Positions 30,197 to 40,098 of a stretch of 42,966 nucleotides of DNA are shown piece by piece (positions within the stretch are counted from its first letter, which is position 1; each line of letters begins with the position of its first letter). The DNA is from Deltaproteobacteria bacterium TL4 (GTDB taxonomy: Bacteria > SAR324 > NAC60-12). The stretch lies in contig JBBCAX010000110.1 in assembly GCA_051382335.1 (NCBI GenBank), positions 1 through 42,966 on the forward strand, in the 5' to 3' direction. The translations under genes and the position numbers were made by a program. Under the pieces are notes generated by a model that saw only the letters and a program-made list of their open reading frames with translations, made no database searches and was not told where the DNA came from.

Positions 30197-32422
30197 TTGG
30201 TAATGATACGAGAAGTTGATGCTTTACATCATATCCTCAAAAATAGCGGACTAGAGCCGGGTTATGTTCAGCGTCTCTTTCGTGCGGTTCAAAAGGTTGA
30301 GCCTAATGTTGCCAAAATTATCCGGATTAACATGGACCGTTATATCGCGGTAGATGGGATAGAACCTCTGATTGCGAATAAATCAGATTATGAAGATAAA
30401 TTTGCGGCACTGGTTGAAATATTTCCATCCTTTCTTTTTATGTCTGCGGCACAATTCAACAGCAGTCCCATATACCAACCGATTGCCAGACATTTGTTCA
30501 TTGCCTCAATCGCCTGTATCTGTGCCAGGAAAACCCCCAATATGGAGCAAATTCGCTACTTCCTTGACAGCCTTGACTCGAAGGAGGCACTTCAAAATTT
30601 AAATGCAAAAGTCTTCAACCGGAATTTGCACGAAAATACGACCTATTTTCCTCGTATCATCCATTGGGATATGTTTCTGATCGCCAAAAATTTTCTTAAA
30701 GTTGAAATGAGCTCTCAACGAGACACCTTAATTGAGAACCTTTACTTTACGGAAGGGATCTTTTTAATCTTTTCCCGGTATTACTTTGATTTGTTATGCC
30801 AAGCTCCAAGCGACAAAATTGCCAGGCATATTCATGATATTTTCGAAAAGTTTTTTATATTCCTGGGGGTTCATGAGGAGAATTATTGGAAACGCTCCCG
30901 TAATCCTAAAGTCATAAAAAAACAAATTCAAAATATTATTCTCAAAGATTTACCCACACTGCGACATTCTGAAATCAGACAAAATGTTTTTGATTTGATG
31001 CATGCTTATAATCCCCTCGTACATGATGGTCAAGCACGTAAAATGACACTGCATACTCAACAATATTTGGACCAACAAACTCAAGCGTTCAGAAAGATGC
31101 CTTACTCCAGAATGATGGTTTTCATGAAAACCATCATGCAGTGTAAGGGAGTTCCCTATTTTCAGTATCTAATCGCGCAGTTAATTAAAGAATCCCCTAA
31201 GCGCCTTTTAGAACTCGAAAATCATCTCAGACCCTACCTTGGCAAAGAGGAATGGATCCCTCTCCTCAAACATGTTCATTCCGTAGTGGTGAATATTTCC
31301 AAAGATAATGCGTTGTTCCTTTCCGAAAAGACTCAAAAGCTTAAGAACGCACAACAAAAGATTATAGAGCAACAGGGTAAAATCATGCGTTCCGAACAGG
31401 ATGCGGAACAATATCGAAACATCTACTTGGAAAAACTTTATGAACGCTGCGCCAATCCGAATGCGCTCAACCAACACAAAATTGCCGAATATCTCGATCG
31501 TCTGGCCTTGGCGACACAGGAGATGTTGGGTGCACAGTCAATCACGCCTCAAATTAAAAAAGTTTATGAGGAATCAATCAACTGTGTGTTTGACGACCTT
31601 TGTGAAGAAGGAGGGATGAACGCGGAAGAACTGAGTGTTTTCCAGGCTGGAACGCAAGAAGCGTTAGGGGGAATTGAAAATGCGGATGAAGCACTCCGCC
31701 ATGAAAAAATCAAAGATATTGGCAATGCGATGTCACAAGCGGTAGAAACCGTAGATCGTAATCTGGAGGCGCAAGTTTCCGAAAGTATGTACCGAGATGG
31801 CTTAAAAATCGAAATAACGATTGAGGATGAGCAGAAAAAAATCACGGCAACGGTGGAACAGCTTTTAGACATCCCTACGACCTTATCCGAAAAAATTCGT
31901 ATGCTTCATGGCTACGTTCCTATTCCCCTTCGGCCCCAGGTTTTACGATGTATTGAAAACGTGCAAAACCGTGTCGGAAAGAGTTTTCCCGAGCCTGTAG
32001 CCATTTTTTCACAGGATGGTTTATTACTCAAAAAAAGAGTGATTAATTTGCTGCTACCTGAAGACACTTTGGAACAATTACTGAAAAAACCAACAGTCCC
32101 TATAGATCTTACCGAAGATGCCAAGAAAATTTCGTTAAAAGAGTTTTTCAGTTTCCCCTTTGCTAAAACGCAAATGCCAAACAATACAGAGTGGTTTGAT
32201 CTGCATCTGAAATATCTTAAAATGCTTGTAGACAGAAAATTATTTAGTTCTAAACTCTATCAACATATCGCTTTGAATTTGAGAAAAATCCCGAAATTAG
32301 AGTATAGAAAATACTTCAATATCTTCCCTAATGATCGGTTCGAAGATACCGCCTTTTTTGCCGTCATTGATATGTGGCAAAATAACGCCTTAGTCAACTT
32401 AAGAGCTCAAAAACAAACCTGA
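30197..32422 (+). CDS. Large hypothetical protein, mostly helical or coiled-coil
   Basis: 741-aa uninterrupted ORF ending 3 nt before mqnE. No motif recognised. An alternative ATG lies at 30203. Confidence 0.75.
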   Translation: MVMIREVDALHHILKNSGLEPGYVQRLFRAVQKVEPNVAKIIRINMDRYIAVDGIEPLIANKSDYEDKFAALVEIFPSFLFMSAAQFNSSPIYQPIARHLFIASIACICARKTPNMEQIRYFLDSLDSKEALQNLNAKVFNRNLHENTTYFPRIIHWDMFLIAKNFLKVEMSSQRDTLIENLYFTEGIFLIFSRYYFDLLCQAPSDKIARHIHDIFEKFFIFLGVHEENYWKRSRNPKVIKKQIQNIILKDLPTLRHSEIRQNVFDLMHAYNPLVHDGQARKMTLHTQQYLDQQTQAFRKMPYSRMMVFMKTIMQCKGVPYFQYLIAQLIKESPKRLLELENHLRPYLGKEEWIPLLKHVHSVVVNISKDNALFLSEKTQKLKNAQQKIIEQQGKIMRSEQDAEQYRNIYLEKLYERCANPNALNQHKIAEYLDRLALATQEMLGAQSITPQIKKVYEESINCVFDDLCEEGGMNAEELSVFQAGTQEALGGIENADEALRHEKIKDIGNAMSQAVETVDRNLEAQVSESMYRDGLKIEITIEDEQKKITATVEQLLDIPTTLSEKIRMLHGYVPIPLRPQVLRCIENVQNRVGKSFPEPVAIFSQDGLLLKKRVINLLLPEDTLEQLLKKPTVPIDLTEDAKKISLKEFFSFPFAKTQMPNNTEWFDLHLKYLKMLVDRKLFSSKLYQHIALNLRKIPKLEYRKYFNIFPNDRFEDTAFFAVIDMWQNNALVNLRAQKQT

Positions 32423-32425
32423 TCC

Positions 32426-33547
32426 ATGATGAACGCCCTCAAACCTTTTCTTAAACAGTATCCTGAACTTGTGTCTTTAGCTGAAGCCGTCAGACAATTA
32501 CGCCCTTTGAGCTATGAGGAGGGAATGGCTTTGTATGTGCGCTACCCTTTGGAGGTTGTTCGCCTTCTAGCGGATGATCGGCGGAAACAATTTCATCAAG
32601 ACCAGGTTTTTTATAACCGTAATATCCACCTGGAACCTACCAATAAGTGTGCCTATTCCTGTAAATTCTGTGCTTTTTACAGACAGCCCAACGCTCTGGA
32701 AACCGAGGGTGCGTGGGATTACACCCTGGAGGAAATGGAACACCTGCTGGATAAGTATGAGGGACAAGTTTTAACCGAAGTTCATATTACAGGAGGGGTT
32801 CATCCTTATCGTGATTTAGAGTGGTGGGCCGAGCTCATTCAACGAATTAAACGAAAACGACCCCAGATTCATGTCAAAGCTTACACCGCTGTTGAAATCG
32901 CCTATATGGCACGAAAATCAAAAAAGTCGCTTCGAGAGGTTCTCCGTTTTTTAAAAGCTCATGGCTTGGACTCTCTACCCGGAGGCGGCGCGGAAATTTT
33001 TGATCCTGAGATTCGAAAGCGGATTGCAGGTGGAAAAGCACCGGCAAGCCAGTGGATTGAGGTCCATCAAACGGCACATGAACTGGGAATTTCTTCTAAT
33101 GCAACCATGCTTTATGGGCATGTTGAATCCTACGAACATCGTCTAAAGCACATGCTGTGTTTGCGGGAAATTCAGGAACAGACCCAGGGCTTTAAGGCGT
33201 TTATTCCTCTGAAGTACCGCAATGAAAATAATTTGTTATCCCACTTGGCAGAAGTATCCGAGGAAGAAGATTTGAAAAATTACGCTGTCAGCCGCTTGAT
33301 GTTGCACAACATTAGGCATCTCAAAGCGTACTGGGTAATGATTGGACTGGATACCGCCCAAAAAAGCCTCGATTATGGAGTCGATGACCTGGATGGAACC
33401 ATCAATGAGACCACCCGTATCTACTCCATGGCCGGTTCTCTTGAAAAACCAGCCATGAGTTCCGAAGAACTTAAAAGCCTCATACGAAAACGGCATCGTA
33501 TTCCTGTCGAACGTAATTCGACTTATGACCCTTTACAAGTAGGGTAG
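32426..33547 (+). CDS. mqnE: Aminofutalosine synthase MqnE (radical SAM, futalosine menaquinone pathway)
   Basis: TNKCAYSCKFCAF (CxxxCxxC), EVHITGG, KAYTAVEI, PGGGAEI, NATMLYGHVE, HLKAYWVMIG, YGVDDLDGT. Confidence 0.85.
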   Translation: MMNALKPFLKQYPELVSLAEAVRQLRPLSYEEGMALYVRYPLEVVRLLADDRRKQFHQDQVFYNRNIHLEPTNKCAYSCKFCAFYRQPNALETEGAWDYTLEEMEHLLDKYEGQVLTEVHITGGVHPYRDLEWWAELIQRIKRKRPQIHVKAYTAVEIAYMARKSKKSLREVLRFLKAHGLDSLPGGGAEIFDPEIRKRIAGGKAPASQWIEVHQTAHELGISSNATMLYGHVESYEHRLKHMLCLREIQEQTQGFKAFIPLKYRNENNLLSHLAEVSEEEDLKNYAVSRLMLHNIRHLKAYWVMIGLDTAQKSLDYGVDDLDGTINETTRIYSMAGSLEKPAMSSEELKSLIRKRHRIPVERNSTYDPLQVG

Positions 33548-33612
33548 TTTGAATCCTCTTTGCCTTTACCCATAATCAGCACTTCCTTTCTCATAGCAGG
33601 AGAGATTAGCTC

Positions 33613-36600
33613 ATGTTTACCCATCTTCACTTACATACTCAATATTCTCTTATGGAAGGCGCTATTCGTGTCAAAGAACTTCCTAAAGCACTTAAAGCCA
33701 TGAATTACTCTGCCTGTGCCATTACAGATCACGGGAATATGTTTGGTGTCGTTGAGTTTTATCATGCGATGAAAAAAGCCGAACTTCGGCCCATCATTGG
33801 AATGGGAGCTAATGTGACAGAAGGTTCCTGTCGACAAAAGGAAACTAATGCCCCACGAGCGCATTATCAAACCCTCTTATTGTGCCAAAATCGGGAGGGT
33901 TACCGTAATCTCACCTATTTGGGAAGTATGGGTTTTACGGAAGGAAAATACAGGGGAATCCCCCGAGTGGATCATGAGTTGTTGGAGCAATATCACGAAG
34001 GATTGATCGCCTTAAGTGGAGGCCTTGAAGGCGAGTTAGCTCAACGTTTGTTGAATGGAAAAAAAGAAGAAGCTTATCAAATAGCACAATGGTATAAAGA
34101 CGTTTTTGCGGGAAGGTATTATATCGAACTGCAAAATACCGGACGAGAAGATCAAGCGCTCGTAAACCCGCAATTGATTCAACTCGCCAAGGATTTAAGC
34201 CTCCCCCTCGTTGGAACAAACGACTGTTACTATCTCAAGCAGCAGGAGTCGGAGGCACACTATATTTTCCAATTATTAGGGTTACAAAAACGAGTCTCAG
34301 ACCCTGATTTACCCCCGCAACTTCCCAATCAGCATTACTTAAAAAGTCCTGAAGAAATGCAAGACGCCTTACGAGGTTTGCCTGAAGAGGTCATGAGCAA
34401 TACCCAACTGATTGCGGAACAATGTGAATTATCCTTAGACAACAAAACCTATTTTCTGCCTAAATTTGAGATTCCCACAGGGTATGATGAAAACTCGTGG
34501 TTTACTAAAGAAGCAGAAGAGGGATTAGAGTTACGTTTAAAATATTTATATAAACTTTATGCTCCGGAAGAATCTTTTGAGGCCTTTCGAAAATCTTATG
34601 ATGAGCGTCTAAAGTTTGAATTGGGAGTTATTATTGATATGAAATTCCCGGGATATTTCCTCATTGTCGCGGATTTTATCAACTGGGCCAAAGATCATGG
34701 AATTCCGGTGGGTCCGGGAAGGGGGTCTGGCGCAGGATCCCTGGTGGCGTATTCCATTCGGATCACCGACGTGGATCCTTTGAAATATGGTCTGCTTTTT
34801 GAGCGTTTTTTGAACCCTGACCGTGTCAGTCTGCCTGATTTCGATATTGATTTTGAGGTCAAGGGACGAGAGCAGGTGATTAAGTATGTGCGAAACCATT
34901 ATGGAGCGCAAAATGTTTGTCAAATCGCAACCTTTCAATCACTTCAAGCAAAAGCGGTTGTTCGGAATGTTGCCCGTGTTTTAGACTTCCCCTACTCGGA
35001 TGCTGATAAAATAGCTAAACTGATTCCCAATACGCTGGGCATCTCCTTGTCTGAGGCTCTGGAACAGGAACCTGACTTGGCCCGTTTGCAAACAGAAGGG
35101 AGTGACAATGAACAAAAACTTATTTTTCACAGCTTAACGTTGGAAGGGTTGAATACGCATTTAGGGACTCACGCCGCGGGAGTCATCATTATGGACCAGG
35201 ATATTCGTAAGGTGATGCCTGTCTGTACCAGTAAAGATGACGCGCTGCAGTCCATGTATCCGATGAAATATGCGGAAGACCAAGGTGCGGTCAAATTCGA
35301 TTTTTTGGGCTTGCTGAATCTTTCTATTATTGATGTTGCTGACAAGTTAGTCAAGAAAGAGTTTCCTGAGGACCAATTAGACATGTCCATGATTCCTATG
35401 GATGATGACTTAACCTTTCAGTTATTTCGCAAAGGAGAAACGACCGGAATTTTTCAATTGGAATCCTCAGGAATGAAGAAATTACTGGTTGATATGGAAC
35501 CCGATCGTTTTGAGGATATTGTGGCCATCCTCGCCTTATATCGCCCAGGCCCCCTAGGCTCAGGAATGGTTGAGGATTTTGTGGAATGTAAACATGGCCG
35601 AAGACAGGTGAATTATCCGCATCCCTTACTGGAATCAATCCTTAAAGAAACTTACGGAGTCATGGTCTATCAAGAGCAAATCATGCAGGCGGTGCAAGTC
35701 CTTGCAAAGTTTACGCTGGGACAAGCCGACTTGCTGAGACGTGCGATTGGAAAAAAGATTGCGGAAATTCTGATGGAACAACGTTCCAAATTTGTGGAAG
35801 GTTGCGAACAAAACCCGGAGTTTGTAGCAAAATGCCCCAAAAACACAACACCCGCTGAGAAAGCCAATGAGATCTTTGACCTGATTGACTATTTTTCAGG
35901 TTATGGCTTTAACAAATCTCATACCGTCGCCTATGGATTAGTGTCCTATCAAACCGCGTATTTGAAAGCGCATTATCCCAGTCAGTTTATGGCGGCCTTG
36001 CTGAATTGCAGTATGACCAAACCTGATAAAATTGTGAATTTTATTGGGGATTGTAAAGAAATGGAAGTTCAGGTGCTCCCTCCTGATGTCAACTACAGCC
36101 TGAATGATTTCACGGTTGCCCATTTAGGATATAAAGTCAGTAATCACACGTTGCAGCATCTGCGAGTTTATAATTTTCCTCCCAAACTCCTGAAACAAAT
36201 TCAAGCGCTCCTCCATAAGCCTTTTGACAACAGTGATGATTTTTTTAAGGCGGTGGGCGATTTAACTCAATATGGAGAAAACGCGGCTCAGTATCGGGAA
36301 ATCTTACTCCGGCAAGCCCGCTGGGATGCGGTTCGTTTTGGGTTGAACGCGGTTAAAAGCGTAGGCGCTCATGCGGTGGACGCTATTATAGAAGTCCGCA
36401 ACAAAAAAGCAAACAAACGCATTACCGATTTTATGGATTTCATGAAATCTGTCGATTTTAAAAGGGTGAATCTTCGCGTCTTGGAAACATTGGTCAAATG
36501 CGGCGCTTTCGACTCGCTCCATGAAAATCGGGCGCAATTGTTTGAGACACTGGAGTCTGCCGTCCATTTGGGGCAAGAGTTTCAGCGAGCGGAAGAACCC

Positions 36601-37323
36601 AATCAGAATTCCTTGTTTGACTTATTGGACGCCGAAGATTTGGCACAAACGGAAACCCCCCTCGAATTTCCCGATATTAAAGACTGGACTACCAAAGAAC
36701 GTCTCAACTATGAAAAAGAGGGCCTGGGATTCTACGTTTCAGGACATCCGCTGGATCACTATCTTTCAGAGTCCCAAAAAGTGCAATCAACCGCGGATTT
36801 GTCTGATAGTGAAAATTCTTATAAGGATGGAGACAGCATCACCCTGGTTGGCATTATCGTGTCAAAAACAATTCGACTGAACAAGCAGTCCGAAAAATTC
36901 GCGATCGTCAAACTTGAAGATTTACGGGGCACGATTGAATTTCCAATTTACAATAAACTTTATGAAACGGTCGCTCCTATTCTGGGAGACGAACCGCTTT
37001 GGATCAAAGGTCGGATTAATTACCGTGATGATGAAATTGGAATCATTCCCGATGAAATTCAATTACTCAGTCAGTATCGTGCGGAAAAAGGACGTTCCAT
37101 GGTGATTGAAATCGAACACCAGGAACTTTCGGAGGCTCAACTTTCATTTATCAGAGGCTCCCTCTTAAAATATCCGGGATCCTATCCGGTCCACTTCAAA
37201 GTCTATACCTCCGAAGCCGTTACGGTAAGCCTTGAACTGGCCGAAAAAATTTCATTCACGCCCGCCTTGATGGATGAATTAGCAGAGCAGTTAAAAGGTC
37301 AAAGACTCATGTTCAAATATTGA
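33613..37323 (+). CDS. dnaE: DNA polymerase III alpha subunit
   Basis: PHP HLHLHTQYS; GPGRGSGAGSLVAY; catalytic PDFDID; GIFQLES; ALYRPGP; YGFNKSH; clamp motif QNSLF; C-terminal OB fold. Confidence 0.98.
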   Translation: MFTHLHLHTQYSLMEGAIRVKELPKALKAMNYSACAITDHGNMFGVVEFYHAMKKAELRPIIGMGANVTEGSCRQKETNAPRAHYQTLLLCQNREGYRNLTYLGSMGFTEGKYRGIPRVDHELLEQYHEGLIALSGGLEGELAQRLLNGKKEEAYQIAQWYKDVFAGRYYIELQNTGREDQALVNPQLIQLAKDLSLPLVGTNDCYYLKQQESEAHYIFQLLGLQKRVSDPDLPPQLPNQHYLKSPEEMQDALRGLPEEVMSNTQLIAEQCELSLDNKTYFLPKFEIPTGYDENSWFTKEAEEGLELRLKYLYKLYAPEESFEAFRKSYDERLKFELGVIIDMKFPGYFLIVADFINWAKDHGIPVGPGRGSGAGSLVAYSIRITDVDPLKYGLLFERFLNPDRVSLPDFDIDFEVKGREQVIKYVRNHYGAQNVCQIATFQSLQAKAVVRNVARVLDFPYSDADKIAKLIPNTLGISLSEALEQEPDLARLQTEGSDNEQKLIFHSLTLEGLNTHLGTHAAGVIIMDQDIRKVMPVCTSKDDALQSMYPMKYAEDQGAVKFDFLGLLNLSIIDVADKLVKKEFPEDQLDMSMIPMDDDLTFQLFRKGETTGIFQLESSGMKKLLVDMEPDRFEDIVAILALYRPGPLGSGMVEDFVECKHGRRQVNYPHPLLESILKETYGVMVYQEQIMQAVQVLAKFTLGQADLLRRAIGKKIAEILMEQRSKFVEGCEQNPEFVAKCPKNTTPAEKANEIFDLIDYFSGYGFNKSHTVAYGLVSYQTAYLKAHYPSQFMAALLNCSMTKPDKIVNFIGDCKEMEVQVLPPDVNYSLNDFTVAHLGYKVSNHTLQHLRVYNFPPKLLKQIQALLHKPFDNSDDFFKAVGDLTQYGENAAQYREILLRQARWDAVRFGLNAVKSVGAHAVDAIIEVRNKKANKRITDFMDFMKSVDFKRVNLRVLETLVKCGAFDSLHENRAQLFETLESAVHLGQEFQRAEEPNQNSLFDLLDAEDLAQTETPLEFPDIKDWTTKERLNYEKEGLGFYVSGHPLDHYLSESQKVQSTADLSDSENSYKDGDSITLVGIIVSKTIRLNKQSEKFAIVKLEDLRGTIEFPIYNKLYETVAPILGDEPLWIKGRINYRDDEIGIIPDEIQLLSQYRAEKGRSMVIEIEHQELSEAQLSFIRGSLLKYPGSYPVHFKVYTSEAVTVSLELAEKISFTPALMDELAEQLKGQRLMFKY

Positions 37324-37456
37324 TGGTGACAAAAGCTGGAATTTGGTGGGCTCAGGAAACTTTTTTTATTGGAAGTCAATCTGGGACACCAGCTAAAAAA
37401 GCCGTGTTGCGTACAGGGCTAACTGTATTTTAAAACACTGTTAGCTATCTCGGTAT

Positions 37457-37511
37457 GAAAGTGAAACATGCCGCCTAGGGTGCCCCTCCCTAAGAGGGCA
37501 ATGGCGGCATG
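37457..37511 (-). terminator. Rho-independent terminator of the cytochrome gene
   Basis: CATGCCGCC (37467-37475) / GGCGGCATG (37503-37511) stem with an inner TGCCC..GGGCA stem, followed on the minus strand by TTTCACTTTC. Confidence 0.65.
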
Positions 37512-37535
37512 AGTTAAATAATTGAAAGACGGCTC

Positions 37536-39920
37536 TTAGAGATTGCTTCCACTATGACAAGCCCCTGCACAGCCGCTGATATAAGGGACAGGCATGGTAT
37601 TGGTCGAGGAGGCGGTCGCCTTTCGAGGGACATCAAACAGGTGGGAGGTGATATCACCCCTGAAATATTTTGTACCGGAGTCTCCTACAAATGAGCTTGT
37701 AGCGTTGAGACCCGCTCCACTGTTGGCGGTTTTGGTATTATGGCAATCAACACAGGTTACATTATTTCCCATGAAAAGACTGAGTGAATGGTTCATCACC
37801 TCGGCTTTCTCCGCATGACACGTCTGACAGAGTGAACCGTCACTGGTGCCGGAAAGCTGGTGTCTGTCTGTGCCCGCCGCATGGGGATCATGACAGGATG
37901 CGCATGTCAGCAGTTTATCGCCATTACGATATTTTACGGATTTAAGGAAGTCCGTGGCCTGTTGATGGTGTGACTTCGAATGCGTTCCATCACCCCAGTA
38001 ATCTGAGGTAGCGGCATCATGACGGCTGGTATTTCCCGCCAGGAACGCAGCACGGCTGATACCGGCCCGCATCATTTGATTATTCTGATTCAGTGGAGAA
38101 TCCCCCTTGATTGCGCTAATACCAGGATTTCCCTGCGGACGGGTATGACATTGGACACATAGGGTGACCGCTCGTTCCGGTGTGAGGTTACTGGGACTAA
38201 CGATAAATTCCCCCTTGCCGCCGGCACTGATGTGTTCAGAACCGGGGCCATGACAGGTTTCACAACCGATGTTCATCTCCTGTTTGATACCGGTAACCGG
38301 ATGCACTTCCCCTTCGTTATCCAAAACGCCGGTGGCTACATACTCACCGTCGGATTCGGTGAGGCTATAACCATTGTAATGACAAGAGGCGCATTGAGCG
38401 TCAAAGCTCTTGGACGCGGCCGGAGCGGTTTTGAGGGTCATTGAATCTTTCGCATCATTAACCGTAATCCACCAATCCAGGTGATAATCACGCCAAACCT
38501 TGCGAACGCGGTCACTGGAAGTGTCATCCCCGTTGACATTAAACTGCACCGGTAGAATATACATGCTTTTTTTCCCGTCCAGTTTCGTCAAATATCTCTG
38601 CTTGTAGAGACCGCCTCCATAATTCATGACAACCTCTAAATTCAGGGGAGATTTCGTGTCGCTGGCATTGATTTTATTTGTGACCTGCATCATGTATTTT
38701 CCGCTGGTACTGTCTTTATAGAGTCTCAATGTGCCCCAGAGTGTCCCGCTTGTCGGCTCGGTTTCGGAGGTTTTGAATTTGTCGAATTTGCGTGCAGAGT
38801 CGTAATCGGAGTAATAAATCGTGGTTCCTCCGGAGGTGATGTCCCCTGCGGTAAATTTGGTGGTAAATGCCTTATCATACTCATCCTTATACCTAAAAGA
38901 AGCCAAGTCCTGAAGACCGCTATCCACCCCCGGAATCCTGATTCCCAGTTTATGCATGGTGGATGTCTCCGTACTGTAGGTATCGTGGCAAGCAATACAT
39001 TTAGAGCTTCCTACGAAGGTAGCTGCTGTCGAAGGTGTTGTGGAAATTGTAATTGCGGTCTCCTGATTGGTCAGGGTATCCCCAGTTACCGATTCTCGGC
39101 AGATGCTGCCGCCTGGGAGATGTTTCGTCTCATCAGCCGGCTTGACATAGATAAAGTATTTCTCGGTTTTTCCCGCCAAAGCGGTGATTTCCACTTTGCC
39201 GTTGACATCGGTGACTGCTGACATATAGGTACTCCCCTTGGTATTAACCAAATCCTCCAAGGGTTCGTCCGCTGCCAAAGCGTCAGCGGTGTAATTTCCA
39301 TCGGAAGATGCAAGCGCTACCTTACCCAGGTTGATCACATCAGCCGCTGGGATCGCGTAAACCGTGGCTCCTTCCAGAGGGGTTCCTCCCACAGAAATTG
39401 TGGCAGTATCCCTCACCACAAACTTCGGAGACTTTGATATCGCGACGGCATCTTTCCCATTGGCTCCATTCGTTCCGGCAACACCATTGCAGGCATAAAT
39501 GGGGGTTCCCAGTTCACTGCCTTCCAATTTACCATTTCCATCCATATCCATCCCTGATTGGATTTTTTGACCGCCGGCCGAGCAGTTGGTTCCTCCCGGT
39601 TCAGCGGTGATACTCACCATACTATTGATTCCACCCAGGTGACAGAGGATTTCCCGGTTGTCTACTTCTGCGGGTTCATCCAACTTACCATCGCCATTGT
39701 CGTCAATGCCGATAGCAATTTCAACGCCGCCGTTCTTACAATCACCCTCACCCGCTGCCAAAGTTTTTTGTTTCACCGCCGTGGAATTCTCTTTTTTGAC
39801 CGTTGGAGTGGAATCGTCATCATCTTTATCCTTTGCTGGCTGACATGCAGCGATGCCAATCGCCAGCAGCATGATGGCGAAAAAGAAGTACCATGGGTAC
39901 TTCAAAATTTTGTTAATCAT
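37536..39920 (-). CDS. Multiheme (8-heme) c-type cytochrome lipoprotein with N-terminal Cys-bracketed Dx[DN]xDG repeats
   Basis: ATG at 39920 after AGGAGG. Lipobox IAAC. Seven CxxCH (CIACH, CASCH, CETCH, CVQCH, CASCH, CQTCH, CVDCH) plus a terminal CxxxCH (CAGACH). Confidence 0.9.
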   Translation of the reverse strand: MINKILKYPWYFFFAIMLLAIGIAACQPAKDKDDDDSTPTVKKENSTAVKQKTLAAGEGDCKNGGVEIAIGIDDNGDGKLDEPAEVDNREILCHLGGINSMVSITAEPGGTNCSAGGQKIQSGMDMDGNGKLEGSELGTPIYACNGVAGTNGANGKDAVAISKSPKFVVRDTATISVGGTPLEGATVYAIPAADVINLGKVALASSDGNYTADALAADEPLEDLVNTKGSTYMSAVTDVNGKVEITALAGKTEKYFIYVKPADETKHLPGGSICRESVTGDTLTNQETAITISTTPSTAATFVGSSKCIACHDTYSTETSTMHKLGIRIPGVDSGLQDLASFRYKDEYDKAFTTKFTAGDITSGGTTIYYSDYDSARKFDKFKTSETEPTSGTLWGTLRLYKDSTSGKYMMQVTNKINASDTKSPLNLEVVMNYGGGLYKQRYLTKLDGKKSMYILPVQFNVNGDDTSSDRVRKVWRDYHLDWWITVNDAKDSMTLKTAPAASKSFDAQCASCHYNGYSLTESDGEYVATGVLDNEGEVHPVTGIKQEMNIGCETCHGPGSEHISAGGKGEFIVSPSNLTPERAVTLCVQCHTRPQGNPGISAIKGDSPLNQNNQMMRAGISRAAFLAGNTSRHDAATSDYWGDGTHSKSHHQQATDFLKSVKYRNGDKLLTCASCHDPHAAGTDRHQLSGTSDGSLCQTCHAEKAEVMNHSLSLFMGNNVTCVDCHNTKTANSGAGLNATSSFVGDSGTKYFRGDITSHLFDVPRKATASSTNTMPVPYISGCAGACHSGSNL

Positions 39921-40033
39921 AAAACCTCCTTGTATAAGTTTAGGTAGATCGCCTAACCACATACCGTTCTACTAGAAAGTCGAAAGGGAGTCAGGGGTTA
40001 AGCGAATAAGGATCAATGGAGGGTGAAGATTCT

Positions 40034-40080
40034 TCCTTAAATATAGAAAAACCTCTCCTTAAATATAAAAAAACCTCTCC
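40034..40080. repeat. 22-bp tandem direct repeat (2 copies plus 3 nt)
   Basis: TCCTTAAATATAGAAAAACCTC (40034-40055) and TCCTTAAATATAAAAAAACCTC (40056-40077), one mismatch. Confidence 0.85.
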
Positions 40081-40098
40081 ACCGCATATACATACTCC

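Noticed and set aside
36118..36324. Intein in DnaE
   Set aside because: Too short, and it lacks the N-terminal Cys/Ser and C-terminal His-Asn splice residues.
40034..40080. CRISPR-like repeats
   Set aside because: Two abutting copies with no spacers, and no cas genes.
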